A stretch of DNA of 63,531 nucleotides, filler included, from Globobulimina sp. (GCA_003354225.1; 49 parts of 49 records of this genome joined end to end with filler, not necessarily neighbours in it), one strand, 5' to 3'; positions 13,259 to 26,041 are shown, counted from the first letter of the whole stretch. A program made the numbers and translations. Notes: generated by a model not told the origin, from the sequence alone.

Positions 13259-14197
13259 TTACATAACATAGTTTAAATGGAGTGGAATTCCATAGAATGT
13301 CGACATTGTGGAATTATCAAATTGTGTACGTATTGTTGGGACATTATAATAACTGAATATTTTATTACTGTTTGGTTCAGGAACGTACGCTTCAACTTTC
13401 CATATTGAAATTTTTGGATAAAATGTTTTGTCGGATAATTTATATACTGCAATGTCATTAAATTCACCAATATCATCTTTGAGAGCTGCTCTGTTTTTCA
13501 CAGTTTTATAATGTTTCCATTTATCTGTTTTAATCCACTCTGCAGTACGTTCTTCCACTGTATCCAATAAACCACGCAACTTATTTCCAACGTTGGACGA
13601 TAATTTTGATACATAATCAACAGTATAATATTTATCATTCTTTACCTCAACAGCCATTGGGTCAGAAAGATTTTCGATATGAAAATAATAGTAAGGTTGT
13701 TGAAAAAAACAGTTTGCATATTCTGTGAAACCTTTCTGTGAAAAGTACCCATGCATGATGCATCTCATTGGTGCAAGATAAATACAAGAATACTTGGTGT
13801 ATATTCTTCATTGAGTCTGTAATCGCTCATTGTCATTTTGTTCATTTAATTTCCTGTATTTCTTTATCACAGAACTCCAATCATATCCATTACCGTCTGA
13901 CCTCTGCAGATCCCCGGAATCCACGGCATGACTCGCCAACAACACACCCATTGGACTCGATCGCAATTCCAATGGAATATCATTATAATCCAACACCGGT
14001 CTTTTTAGCTGAACTTTCACATTTTCAACCTCTACTAAAACTTCACTCTCATCATTTTCAACTGTAACCATGTCAGCAGTGTCATGTCGCTTCTTTTTCT
14101 TTGTAACTCTAAACAAGTCTCTATTTACAGTAGAATTCAAATTTAGTTTGGTAAACATTTTCAAAGCTGAATCTTCCTTAAAAGCAGTAAAATCCTC
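13259..14197 (-). CDS. Hypothetical protein frame interrupted by a single in-frame TGA (13808-13810)
   Basis: ORFs 13808-14164 and 13259-13768 share one frame, separated only by the TGA plus 13 sense codons. Confidence 0.5.
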
Positions 14198-14297
14198 NNN
14201 NNNNNNNNNNNNNNNNNNNNNNNNNNNNNNNNNNNNNNNNNTTAATTAATTAANNNNNNNNNNNNNNNNNNNNNNNNNNNNNNNNNNNNNNNNNNNN

Positions 14298-15496
14298 CCG
14301 TTGACAATAAATTTAATGAAAACTTACTCTGTTTACCGAGGTATATTTTTGTTAAATAAAATATCGATGCAACTAATTTAGACAGTTTTATCTCTAAATA
14401 TGCCTTATTCAAAGCCATAGTTTGTATCAATAAATCAATAATAAACCTTTCTTTTGAAAAATCCACAATTTCCAAAATTTTTAACCATGGTTGAATATAA
14501 TTATACGGCGTCACTTGAAATACATTCCAATTTAGTAATTTTAATAACTTCATTTCTAGATTTAACAGAATTTGTACACATCACATAATTATTGCACATT
14601 GGATCAGAGTGTACAAAACAAGACACATTGATTGGTTGCAATCTAACGCAATTATATAATGCATACAAATTATGTACATATTACCTGAATTAAGTAGCTG
14701 TTTTATTGAGTATTGATCGTGCGACAAATATATCCATTCGCGCGTTGGCTGTGGTATAATCTCATACGTTTTAGAAGCAATCATTATCGATGTCACACCC
14801 AATAATTGTAAATGTTGCCGCGAGATTATACATTTGGATAAGAATAAATCAATGTAATTGATTGCGGCAAATAGCGTTTCGTTATTTAATTCTGAATCGC
14901 TTTGTAAATCATACAACCAATCAATTAAAACAGCTCTCATATTCCAGGTGATTGCCGTCTGTGTATTTTCAATATAATTCTCATCGACTGCCAAATATAA
15001 TAATTCTTCCTTTTTCCGAAAATTATACATAATATCATCAAAATTACAAAAAGCAACATCTGAAGAATGGTACAGTTCATTTAATCGTTGGTCCAAACTC
15101 TTTTCCATTTCATTCTTTTCTTCACTTTTTGGTAATGGATGCCTGGTGTCATGGTTATGGTTGTTGCTATGCACATTGTTGGTGTTGTGATTGACAGATA
15201 ATATCTGTAACGGTCCTCGGATTTTATTTATTTGATTAGTGTACACATTGAAATTATCGTAACCGTCATCATCTGATTCGTCATCAAAATCATATTCATC
15301 CGCATTCGCATTCTCATCGTTCATTATTTTTAACATAATATGCACTCCTTTTTTTGTGATATCTTTTTGTTTGTAATTTGTTATTACTTCGTACTGCATC
15401 TGCGATTTTAACAAGTTTTTATTTTTGTAATCATTAAATACAACTTTCTTATTAATAAATGATTTTTTGGACACTGCGCCAATCTCAAAATGTAAT
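14298..15496 (-). CDS. Cyclin (A/B type); intron 14556-14684
   Basis: MRAVLIDWL, ETLFAAINYIDLFLS and LQLLGVTSIMIASK cyclin box; splicing gives QLLNSEMKLLKLLNW. Confidence 0.92.
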
Positions 15497-15596
15497 NNNN
15501 NNNNNNNNNNNNNNNNNNNNNNNNNNNNNNNNNNNNNNNNTTAATTAATTAANNNNNNNNNNNNNNNNNNNNNNNNNNNNNNNNNNNNNNNNNNNN

Positions 15597-16795
15597 TGTC
15601 GGATCCTTCCACATTGTCAATGGATTTGGCATCGATAATACTGGCATCAACACTGCCTTCACAACCTACGAACATTCATACTACGCAGCAACAGCCTGCA
15701 ACATATAACTATGCATATTCGTACGCATCATCTACACCGGCGGTGCGCTGCGAGTTGGACGAGCATAAAACGTTGGATTCTGCCAATAATTTGGTCATAA
15801 ATCGACCCTCGTTAATGAATGAGATGCGGCCGCATAACATCAACCTGTCTGAGACTGAGATGCATTCATTTCAGCCGTCATTGTACAGTGGCTTTGTCAC
15901 TCCGAATCCCATTGAGATCCATAACGATTTGATGCGACAGGCAAAGCTGAGTGGCCCTGTCCTCATTTACAGGAAGTGGTTGACGGAGGATATCGACATG
16001 AAAATGAATATTAATTATAAGGAGTTGGGCTTTATTCCTATCTTTGCACTGCCCATTCAATCACTTGCCATCAATGTCGATATTTGTTTGGAGACCGCCT
16101 TTATTTGCATGGACATCATTTTTGTCAACAACTTAGGGCTGCAAATCAACGACGCTTTGTTTGCTTTGCCGTTGAATGATGGGAGAATGCGCAATGTCGC
16201 AGTCCGTATGAATAATAATCAGAATAATGTCGATACGGCGTATGTTTCTGAAGAGGAGCTTGAAAATAAAACCGTGGAAAATGAGAATTTGGATGGAATA
16301 TTTGGGCAAAGTTTGGATGATTATATTTCAGATTTATTTCGTTTGCCGATACCAGTGATTGATGGCAATGATACCATTGAAATACATTCAAAATGGGAAC
16401 AAAACTTGCATTTTAATGAAGGGCGCTATCATTTAATTATTCCATTGCAATTTTATCACAATGTGTTGGCAAATAATGTGAATTTGGCAGAGATTATCCA
16501 TATAAATGTCGTGTTAAACTCATTTGTGTCATCGATAAAATTCGGATCAAATTCACATAATTTATCCATATTGAAAACAGAAAACAAGGCACAAATACAT
16601 TTATTTGCAACACCGTATCAGCACGATATTGAAGCAAAAGATTTTCATTTCGCGTATTATGTGGACAGTGAGGTGATAAATGGAACAGTTTTCATTGAAA
16701 ATGAAGAAAATCAAACGGAAACTGGGCATTTTATGTTATGTATCAATCCAATAACAGACAATAAACATATTTTGCACAATGAGATATTTGCGCGA
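15597..16795 (+). CDS. VIT/vWA (inter-alpha-trypsin inhibitor heavy chain-related) protein, partial
   Basis: INVDICLETAF, ALFALPL, LFRLPIP, GRYHLIIPLQF and KDFHFAY resemble the VIT region. Confidence 0.55.
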
Positions 16796-16895
16796 NNNNN
16801 NNNNNNNNNNNNNNNNNNNNNNNNNNNNNNNNNNNNNNNTTAATTAATTAANNNNNNNNNNNNNNNNNNNNNNNNNNNNNNNNNNNNNNNNNNNN

Positions 16896-18015
16896 CGTGA
16901 GCATACTGCAATGATGAATCATCCTTTTCAGTGCGAGAACCGGCGGAAATAAATGAATAATGTTTTGTATCTAAGGAGCGGTCTGCGTGGTAAACTAAAT
17001 TGAGTGTATCCGGACGGCCAACTGCCCATCGCATCGCTATCTCTTTTGTATAAATATCCCAATCCGTTTTACTTAACTCTTGTTGATAAATAATATGCAT
17101 TTCTTGACTCTCAACTGAACTTTCAATTTTATTCCAATTTGAACCTTCATTATATCCAACATTTTGTGCAGTATGTCCCGCCGTAATCGAATAAGAATAT
17201 AATCCATTCGGCCTACTATTTGCTTTGCCAGTCGTGTAAATCAGAGCATTGCCCAACATTTCATCATTAAACACAAGGCCAAACCAATTATTCTGAAAGG
17301 CGTTGTATGTGATATCAATTTGAATGGTTTCCTCAACACAATTTATAGTTAATATGATCTCGAAATCATCAAATCTTCCATTTGTTACTGCCTCATCGTT
17401 ACTGCCACATACATCTAATTGTGCTGCTTCATCAGTTGTAGCATGTGTTGAAACTGTAACTAGTGTAGATTCTGTACCTTCAGTTGTAAGTATATTGGGA
17501 GTGGACAATAAATGTACCTCCGTATGCGCCGACTTATGATTATGTTGTGTCAATTGTAAGGAAGTGCCTGTCGCAAAACGAAAACCAATGCTTGTGGTTG
17601 ATGTATCCCATTCCGTTTTTGATAAATGCTGCTCATAAATAAGTGTGACAGTATTATCTGATGTTGATTTGTGTATTTCTGTCCAATCGTTATCTGGATC
17701 ATAAACCACATCATCTAATGATTCAGCTTGTAAATCATAAGAATATAATGCTTGAGGTCTGTCTGCATCTTTGCCTGTGGTATAAACTAATGATGGATGC
17801 GGAGACATGTGATGATGGAATACTATGCCAAACCAATGGTTGTCAAAATTGTTGTATTCAATGTGAAATTCAATTGTTTCAGTTGCACAGTCCATTGTTA
17901 TTTCAACTGTAAAATCATCAACGACTGTTGATCCTGATAATGTTCCATTGCATTTTGCTTTTGTTTGCGATGAAAAAAATAGTAGTAATGCAATTTGACA
18001 AGCAAACCAGTTCAT
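16896..18015 (-). CDS. Secreted protein with two tandem DOMON-like domains
   Basis: Signal peptide; internal duplication NHWFGIVF..YTTGK / NNWFGLVF..YTTGK, each ending in a His motif. Confidence 0.65.
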
Positions 18016-18366
18016 AATTTTGGCTGTATGGTGGGATGGTTGACTGCTTGAGGTGAAAGAATGAAAACTGTTTTATGTGTTTCTATTTATAGTTNNNNNN
18101 NNNNNNNNNNNNNNNNNNNNNNNNNNNNNNNNNNNNNNTTAATTAATTAANNNNNNNNNNNNNNNNNNNNNNNNNNNNNNNNNNNNNNNNNNNNATTGTT
18201 TGCCCTTTGCAGGTATGTTATTTGCTTCTAGTAGAGATCCATATTTTGCAGCTTCTTTTTCAGACTCGGTTTACGGACGTTGCCAAATGTGTAATAATGA
18301 TAAACTGAAAAATATAAGTCTGGTAAAAAAATATTGACATAAAACTGCATTTTTTTGGAAATATGA

Positions 18367-19393
18367 TCACATTTCCGAAATAACAAGGAAAAAAAATAAA
18401 TAACCAAAAAGCCATATTGAATCGTAGCCAGTTCTCGGTAAATCATTCTCCAGTTTCTCCCGTAGTTGCTCTTTACACGATTGTTGAATGGAACATCGAT
18501 AAATAATAGGTCTTGTTGGTACAGCATCAGTATTTGCAATGGATGGAAGTTGCAGATTCAACACATACATTCCATCCGAAATATTTTTTTGTATCGATAA
18601 ACCCTCTGTAATTAACCTTGTACTCTTTGGATCATTTTGAAACCAAATACGATGATTTGGCACTTTGGGAGATTCCATCCGATCCACACTACATAAATTA
18701 ATCCCAAATACATTTGATATTTTATCACTTAAATATTCCATTGCATCATTACTTAAATATGGCCAATTTTTATTAAAATTAATTGCTTTGTTATCTTGTG
18801 ACTTATTTTCAACGCGAACAAATATTGATTGTTTAAAGAATGAAGGAATATTTTTTAATTTGTTATTCCATTTAATTTCATCGATTTTATTTTTAATCAT
18901 AGATTTAGTGATAATTAATTCATTGTATTTATCAATTGTTGCCCCACATTCATATTTATAGTGACTATCATTTAATTTATAAATAGAAATTGGTTCAACT
19001 GAAACTAAAATACATCCAAAAACAGTATTTGATGTATTACACTCCGATATATTCAACCCGTTTGGATAAATATGTTTTGTTGACTCTGTATGAGTTCGAT
19101 TATTATGGCAGCAAATACTCAATTTATCAACGTTTACTTTTAAATTATCATATATAAATAAACTGATTGTCTATAATGGATTGGATATATTATATATATA
19201 TATGTTACCTGATGTTGTATCTGTTGAATATAATCTCTCTTTTGTCTCTGCTGGAAGACCAAATACATCCACTATTTTCCCATTTGAATACAATGAGTTT
19301 GACAAATCAATGCCTGCATTTAAATCAAACAAAACACTCGATCCATTTTGTAGGCTGATGGTTGTTTGCAGTGCCATGTTTTACAAAAACATT
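18367..19393 (-). CDS. Hypothetical multi-exon protein, partial
   Basis: Consecutive minus-strand ORFs separated by an AT-rich intron-like gap. Confidence 0.45.
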
Positions 19394-19495
19394 NNNNNNN
19401 NNNNNNNNNNNNNNNNNNNNNNNNNNNNNNNNNNNNNTTAATTAATTAANNNNNNNNNNNNNNNNNNNNNNNNNNNNNNNNNNNNNNNNNNNNCA

Positions 19496-20692
19496 ACGGA
19501 TTCCAATTCCGTAGAATCCAACATTAATCTATCACATGTAAACAAATCCATCAAAGTACTAGTATTAGGGACCTCCGGTTGTGGCAAAACCACAATCATC
19601 AAACAATTAGAAAAGATCCACAATGTTTATCAACAAAATTGGTACTCCACCAACAACGTCTCCTGCTCTATCAGAGACACTGTAGTCGCCGATATGAAAA
19701 CATTATGCCGTTCTTGTCAACAACCCTTAAATGACAACACCAACAAACACCATCGCGACACCATCCTCACATTACACCCACCGTACACCCTAAACACTGA
19801 CATTGCCACTAAAATCAAACAATTATACGTCGACGACGGCATTCAAGCCACCTTAAAAAAAAGAGATAAGCTCCACTTGACCCTCTGTGACAACATCGAG
19901 CATTTTTTCGACAAAATTGACGAAATCGCACTGGAGGATTACACGCCAACCTTCGAGGACTATATCAAAATCAACCGGCAAACCAACGGTTGCCCCATCA
20001 CCAAATTCAGGAAATCTGTAGACAATTTTGGCGAATATATCTTTGAAATTCCAGACATTGGCGGCGCGCGCAGCGAGCGGCGCAAATGGTGGCATCCCAA
20101 ATTGTTATTAGATCCCGACCTAAATACAATTATTTACGTGTTAGCCATCTCTGAATATAACCTTTTTCTATGTGATGACGAGGAGAATGCAGAGATTGCA
20201 GAGCATGCCTTCACTGCGAACCGCTTGACTGAATCCATTGACTTATTCGAACAAATGATTGAATTAATGATCGGCAAGTACGGCGAACGCGAGTTCTTCG
20301 AAAACAAGTCCATTATCCTCTTGTTCAACAAATACGACTTGTTTTGCGAGAAAATCAAAAGTATTCCCATCACTGTGGCGTTTGACAACTTTCCTGCAAA
20401 TATGAGGCCGACGGAGGCTGACGATGTGATCAGATTCATTGCGGGTCAGTTCATGAACGTGTTCAGTAAATGCGGCTTGAATTTGCAGAAACCACTGCGG
20501 ATAATCAGGACGGTGGCGGTGGACACAGCGAATATCGAGCAGATGTTTGAGAAAATCGCGCCGGAGATAGTCATTAATTATACTAATTTCAAGAACGCAA
20601 ACAAGAGGAAAAGCGGTTTGGTGAAGATTGGACTTACCGACGGCTTTGATGCGCCGCTGATTGTGCCGCAATTACAAACGCAATATTCGACG
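19496..20692 (+). CDS. Heterotrimeric G-protein alpha subunit, divergent, partial
   Basis: KVLVLGTSGCGKTTIIKQL (upstream of the listed ORF, same frame), DIGGARSERRKW, ILLFNKYDLF, TVAVDT. Confidence 0.92.
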
Positions 20693-22358
20693 NNNNNNNN
20701 NNNNNNNNNNNNNNNNNNNNNNNNNNNNNNNNNNNNTTAATTAATTAANNNNNNNNNNNNNNNNNNNNNNNNNNNNNNNNNNNNNNNNNNNNGATTTTGC
20801 ATCCTTTGAGATTGGGTTTACGCCGTCGCCGCCACCGTGTTCGCCTCCGGTGCATATACCGGCGGCAAAGATAAAAATGAAAGGATGTGTGGAGAAAACA
20901 GGTTATATGGATAAATTACCGGTGATATCGATAACGTATACCCCGCCGTCGTTTGATAGCTTGGAAGATGCGCAAAAAGCATCAGATAAGGACTTGGAAG
21001 CTGGGTTTACTATGTTAGCCTCACCGACGCCGAGTGTCAAAACTGAATATAATGATGGTGAGGATGTGCCTACTTTAGATTTAATAAATGGTAAATAAAT
21101 ATGTTTTGCAATTTGCATGTGGAGCACTTTGATTTTCAATGTAAAAAAAGTCCCACATTCATTCTCTGCCTCGATCGTATTTTTATATATTAATAATTTA
21201 TTATTTTTCAAACTATGAAACTCTCCCAAAAACGAACGCAATTTTTGTTTTATAATTTTATACACCTTTCTTTTTTCCTTTTTTTGTGCTGTAATTGTTT
21301 ATTGATATGTTTTTTGTTTTATTATTCTTAATTTTCGACTGTTTAGTTTTGGCCACACTCAAAATATTCAGATTTTTTTTATACCAAAATATATTGTTAT
21401 ATTTATTTTCAATGTGTTGGCTTATCTGTGGATAATTTAGAGACATAATTGGTGCTTCGTGACAAAAAATCCGTCACTCTTAATTCATTTGCAGTTTTCG
21501 AAAAACGTTTAACTCAAATTGTCAACTACTAATCGAGTATACACAAACCATGAAAGTCGCGCAGTACTTCAAACATAGAAGAATAAACATCACAGTGTCA
21601 TACCAATTGTCAGTCTCTTACTCACACAGAAACACATCGTCTGTCGCAGAGGTACATGATTTACTATAATCTATCAATTCCTTTGTGAAAATTATTGAAA
21701 TTTCAATTGTTTTATAGGTTTCAAAAACACCTCAAATCATACACACTCCCTCGTCATCTGCACCCTCATCGTCATTAACATCCACCACGACGTCATCTAC
21801 ATTGATAGAAAAATTGCCTCGCTCCTCATTAACACACAATGTCCCAACCTCGCATCCAGATTACTCGCCAACTTTAACCTACTCTCAATTACAATACTTA
21901 GAATCTGGACAATATGACATCTCTGTCCATGACGGAAACGGTAATCTATTACTAAAAAGCCAATCCGTTTTACCCCAGTTCGGAAAACAAGNNNNNNNNN
22001 NNNNNNNNNNNNNNNNNNNNNNNNNNNNNNNNNNNTTAATTAATTAANNNNNNNNNNNNNNNNNNNNNNNNNNNNNNNNNNNNNNNNNNNNCGCCATGGA
22101 GTTCAAATTGCCCATCAACTCTAAATTGGCGTGTCCCGTCGCCTTCAAATTCACATTCAACTGACGAAATTTACCCAAACTCACTTCTTGCCGGGCTATG
22201 GCTTGGCGAATCCGCCCCGATGTGTCACTTAACACTTTATTGTATTATATAAATGTGTCTGTATACGTACGTATATAATGCATTAAATACCATCTTTGGC
22301 AGTGGAGAAGCGGCTAACTTCAGTATTTAATAAATGATTTTCTTGAGCAAAATTCTTA

Positions 22359-22679
22359 TTATTTCCAGAGTAAACATCGACTTCTTTTTTTAGATTCATT
22401 AACGTGCGAAAAATGACAGAAACCATACAAATTAGACACAATGCCAGCAATTCCTGCGACGAAATAGCATGAATGTGGATGGAAATCGACGGCGTAAAGA
22501 CCGCCTAATAATAACACGCATGTCAATGAGGTGACAAATGTGACGACGGATACGAATGTTCGTGGATTTTGTTTTAAATATATAAATAAATCAGCACAAC
22601 CTCGAATTTGTGAACATTTCTTTTTGGGGATAAATGCATATACTCCACCAGCTTCTGAATCTGATTCTGAATCAGACAT
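22359..22679 (-). CDS. Membrane protein, 5' part
   Basis: ATG start, acidic N-terminus, two TM segments; downstream coiled-coil-like exon. Confidence 0.45.
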   Translation of the reverse strand: MSDSESDSEAGGVYAFIPKKKCSQIRGCADLFIYLKQNPRTFVSVVTFVTSLTCVLLLGGLYAVDFHPHSCYFVAGIAGIVSNLYGFCHFSHVNESKKRSRCLLWK

Positions 22680-22872
22680 TATTGCTACTCACGAATTGAA
22701 AGCTAATTATTACTCAGTAGTACTTCGAAGGAATGGTTTATTTATGTTTATAGTTTAACTTTTGTCGGATTTATACAAACTTTTATTTAACTTGAAGTAA
22801 TATATATATTTGTTTTGGTGGTGACAGTTTCTAGAGATGACTAAGTTTCAAGTCAGTATATGTAAGGGTTTA

Positions 22873-22911
22873 AAATCGACGTTTCGGCAAAGTGATGCCT
22901 TTGTCAAGATT
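22873..22911 (-). ncRNA. Candidate minimal type I hammerhead ribozyme (Penelope/retrozyme-like)
   Basis: Minus strand reads AATC-TTGACAA-A-GGCA-tcactt-TGCC-GAAAC-GTC-GATT. Confidence 0.5.
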
Positions 22912-23494
22912 AGTTTGAAATTAAAGTGTAAAAAGTTTTTGCTTTAAATACATAAAACAAAATATAAACTCAACACAATAACTTTTATCCTGTGCAATAA
23001 AATAAAAATAGACTAATATGGATAGAGAGAAATAAGAAAGATAAATTGGAACAAATGGAAAGAAGGATAGATAAATGCAACGAAAAAATGAATGAAAAAA
23101 GAAAATATAGAAATAATGATGCAAAATATCAACATTTGGAACCAATCAATATTTAAAAGAAAAATTGAATATTTATTATACAATGATAAATAAATGTATA
23201 TCGGGAGGAAAATCTTTAAACCAAATAAAACAAATAATATACAAATAAATGAAATAAAACAAAACAAAAGAATTTAAAACAAAAAACAGANNNNNNNNNN
23301 NNNNNNNNNNNNNNNNNNNNNNNNNNNNNNNNNNTTAATTAATTAANNNNNNNNNNNNNNNNNNNNNNNNNNNNNNNNNNNNNNNNNNNNTTATTATTGA
23401 CCTCAAAAATACTTCCATTTGATATAAAAAGTGGTACTGAGTGTTCAAAATATCGGGGGAGGATCACAACTTACTATCCTATAAAGTTGATAAT

Positions 23495-23533
23495 AAAAGA
23501 CCTACAAAATTAGCTTGAATAATGTAGGCCTTT
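23495..23533 (-). terminator. Probable intrinsic terminator
   Basis: CCTACA...TGTAGG stem with A/T flanks downstream of the hydrolase stop. Confidence 0.45.
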
Positions 23534-23580
23534 CATAAAATTACAATACTATAATTGCTATTATTTATTTGATAGTGGAC

Positions 23581-24405
23581 TTATTTTAATATTTCAGAAA
23601 TGGCTTTATAAAAATCATATGTCCGTACTATCCCGTTATGGGTTTGTCCCTTAATCATAATAAATTTTGCATTAACATTTTTTTCTTGAAGCGCTTCTAC
23701 ATATTTCCGTCCAAGACTTGGAAAAGTATCTTTATCATTTGATCCAGTAATTGCAGTTACTTTGATATCTGATTTAATATCTTCAATATAATTATGTGGA
23801 GATAATGAACCTGTTCCACGTTTCCAGCGGTGCATACTTGTCCAAGTATTCAAGTCACAGGGACAGCCTGCCAATACAGCCCCATTGGCAACATTCGGAT
23901 GTTTTCCTAAAATAAGAGCAGCCAGGGCAGCACCTCCCGAATGCCCAACGATATATACTTTTTGTGAATTATGTTTTTCCTTGAGTTTTTTTATTGCGGC
24001 GGCAATTTCCCTTACATTGTGTTCATTATAACTGGTACCCGAGTATGATCTTCTATTTGAGATCCCAGTGGAATAATTTTTTTCGCTATCAAAATATCCA
24101 GGCCGTATCAGTATTACCTGAACAACATCTTCTGTATCCGGATAAAGGTTTCTAGCAGCATAGCTCAAGTAATCTGAAGGGCCGCCTTTGGAGCCATCAC
24201 CATGAAGATAAACAATTAAATTATTAGAAGATTCAGTTGCGAAAAGATCAAGAGTTTTTATCCTAAAACACTCATTTATTCCTTTTACCCAATTTAGATT
24301 ATCAGCGTTTTCGCAAACGGTTTCAGCCGTTTTTACAGTTTTTGTAGTGCAACCAATCGAGAATGAAATCATGAATAAAGATAAAATGATAGATAGATGT
24401 TTCAT
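23581..24405 (-). CDS. Bacterial lipoprotein alpha/beta hydrolase
   Basis: RBS GAGGA at 24414-24418; lipobox SIG-C; YLHGD, GHSGG, D and H triad; no introns. Confidence 0.85.
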   Translation of the reverse strand: MKHLSIILSLFMISFSIGCTTKTVKTAETVCENADNLNWVKGINECFRIKTLDLFATESSNNLIVYLHGDGSKGGPSDYLSYAARNLYPDTEDVVQVILIRPGYFDSEKNYSTGISNRRSYSGTSYNEHNVREIAAAIKKLKEKHNSQKVYIVGHSGGAALAALILGKHPNVANGAVLAGCPCDLNTWTSMHRWKRGTGSLSPHNYIEDIKSDIKVTAITGSNDKDTFPSLGRKYVEALQEKNVNAKFIMIKGQTHNGIVRTYDFYKAISEILK

Positions 24406-24689
24406 ATTGAAGTTCCTCACAGCAACGAGTTAAAATATTCCAGTCAACAGAGTCAGATTGCAAAATTGATATCAAATACTAAATATAATTACAAATTAAA
24501 ACTAAAGAATAGGCTTGCAGATATAAACAATGTCTGACTGAAAAGAACAGAAGGCCTGTAAATTGTAGCATCACACCTCTTGAAATGGTNNNNNNNNNNN
24601 NNNNNNNNNNNNNNNNNNNNNNNNNNNNNNNNNTTAATTAATTAANNNNNNNNNNNNNNNNNNNNNNNNNNNNNNNNNNNNNNNNNNNN

Positions 24690-24766
24690 TTCACGTATTT
24701 GCGGTCAACTTCACGTATTTTCGAAAATACGTGAAGTACTTCACGTATGTTCAACTTCACGTATTT
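24690..24766. repeat. Cluster of five ACTTCACGTAT units forming two overlapping perfect palindromes
   Basis: 30-bp palindrome at 24708-24737 and 22-bp palindrome at 24727-24748. Confidence 0.9.
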
Positions 24767-25148
24767 ACGGTACAACATCACCTAATTGCGACAAACAATA
24801 TTGATCATTTTGTATGTCTTCAATTTTATAAACAGGAGAATTCGCAATATATTTATCATTCGTATTGATTTCATAAAACATCGCATAAATTAATTTTTGT
24901 AATGCGATCAGAACTGTATCGATTGCTTTGTGACAGTCGAAGGGAGCATGACTTACCAATTCATCTCCATAATTTCGTTTAAAATCCATATATTTGTCGA
25001 ATGTTGCGGGAGCAAAATATTTCAAAATTGAACCAAGTATTCCAATCAATGGAAGCAATATGATGATCACTGTGAGTTCTATGATTGTTTTAATTCTTTC
25101 AGGCAAACAAGATAAGGGCAGAAGGCCCAACACTTCGGCCATTCTCAA
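24765..25148 (-). CDS. Membrane-anchored protein N-terminus ending at the repeat cluster
   Basis: TM segment; the stop codon coincides with the repeat edge. Confidence 0.45.
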   Translation of the reverse strand: MRMAEVLGLLPLSCLPERIKTIIELTVIIILLPLIGILGSILKYFAPATFDKYMDFKRNYGDELVSHAPFDCHKAIDTVLIALQKLIYAMFYEINTNDKYIANSPVYKIEDIQNDQYCLSQLGDVVP

Positions 25149-25375
25149 CCTTAGTGTTGAATGTTGATACCTGTTTTTTTTCGTATTTATAAAAACGTTC
25201 CAATAGTTGTGTCTGCAGTGCAGTGGGTTGCGATTGATGGGAATGCATATGAAGAAAAGAGTTCCGATTTTGTAACAGAAAAAAAGCTATTTGTTTTAAA
25301 CGTAAGTGACTTTCCAAGTTATAACAATAAACAAAAGAGTTTGTTATAACTCATGGGAACAAAATTGAAACAGTA

Positions 25376-25888
25376 TTAGTTTACTTTTAATAATGGCCAT
25401 TCAATCATTTTTAACAATGTTTCAAAATCATTGATGCCATTTTTTACTTGAAACTCGATTATCGACACATTTTCGTCTTTGTAGAATTGTAAAATTGATT
25501 GTATTTCATGATAATGTGAGTTAATTCTCTGTTGTAACACATTTATGTTATCATCACTCCTTTTCTCTAATATTGATCCGCATAAATCGCAAATATTATC
25601 ATTGAGTGGTGTTAAGGCCATTAAATTGCAGTGATCAGTTTGAATATGAAAGTTGTTATAAATTGCATTACATTTTATATTTGAACATGTTAATCTTCTC
25701 ATACATTTTTGAAGCAATATGTCATAATCCATTGATAAATGAACCACATAATTTATATCCTTTGTTTTATACTGTTTCCACAATTTGGCAGATAACAATC
25801 TTCGCGGATAACCATCTAAAATAAAATTATCATAATTTTGAACCGCATTAAATGTAATATTTGTGGATATTTCATCCGGTAATAATTC
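25376..25888 (-). CDS. Adenylate kinase with Zn-binding LID, C-terminal part
   Basis: LLPDE, FILDGYPR, RRLTC..C, CDLCG and KRSDD. Confidence 0.9.
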   Translation of the reverse strand, partial: ELLPDEISTNITFNAVQNYDNFILDGYPRRLLSAKLWKQYKTKDINYVVHLSMDYDILLQKCMRRLTCSNIKCNAIYNNFHIQTDHCNLMALTPLNDNICDLCGSILEKRSDDNINVLQQRINSHYHEIQSILQFYKDENVSIIEFQVKNGINDFETLLKMIEWPLLKVN

Positions 25889-26041
25889 NNNNNNNNNNNN
25901 NNNNNNNNNNNNNNNNNNNNNNNNNNNNNNNNTTAATTAATTAANNNNNNNNNNNNNNNNNNNNNNNNNNNNNNNNNNNNNNNNNNNNCTTTTATGCTTT
26001 ATTGTAATGCAATTTGTTCAAAATTCAAATAGTAAACTTAC

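Noticed and set aside
22921-23290. Phe/Ile-rich ORFs resembling membrane or mitochondrial proteins
   Set aside because: By-product of T-rich low-complexity sequence; no conserved motif.
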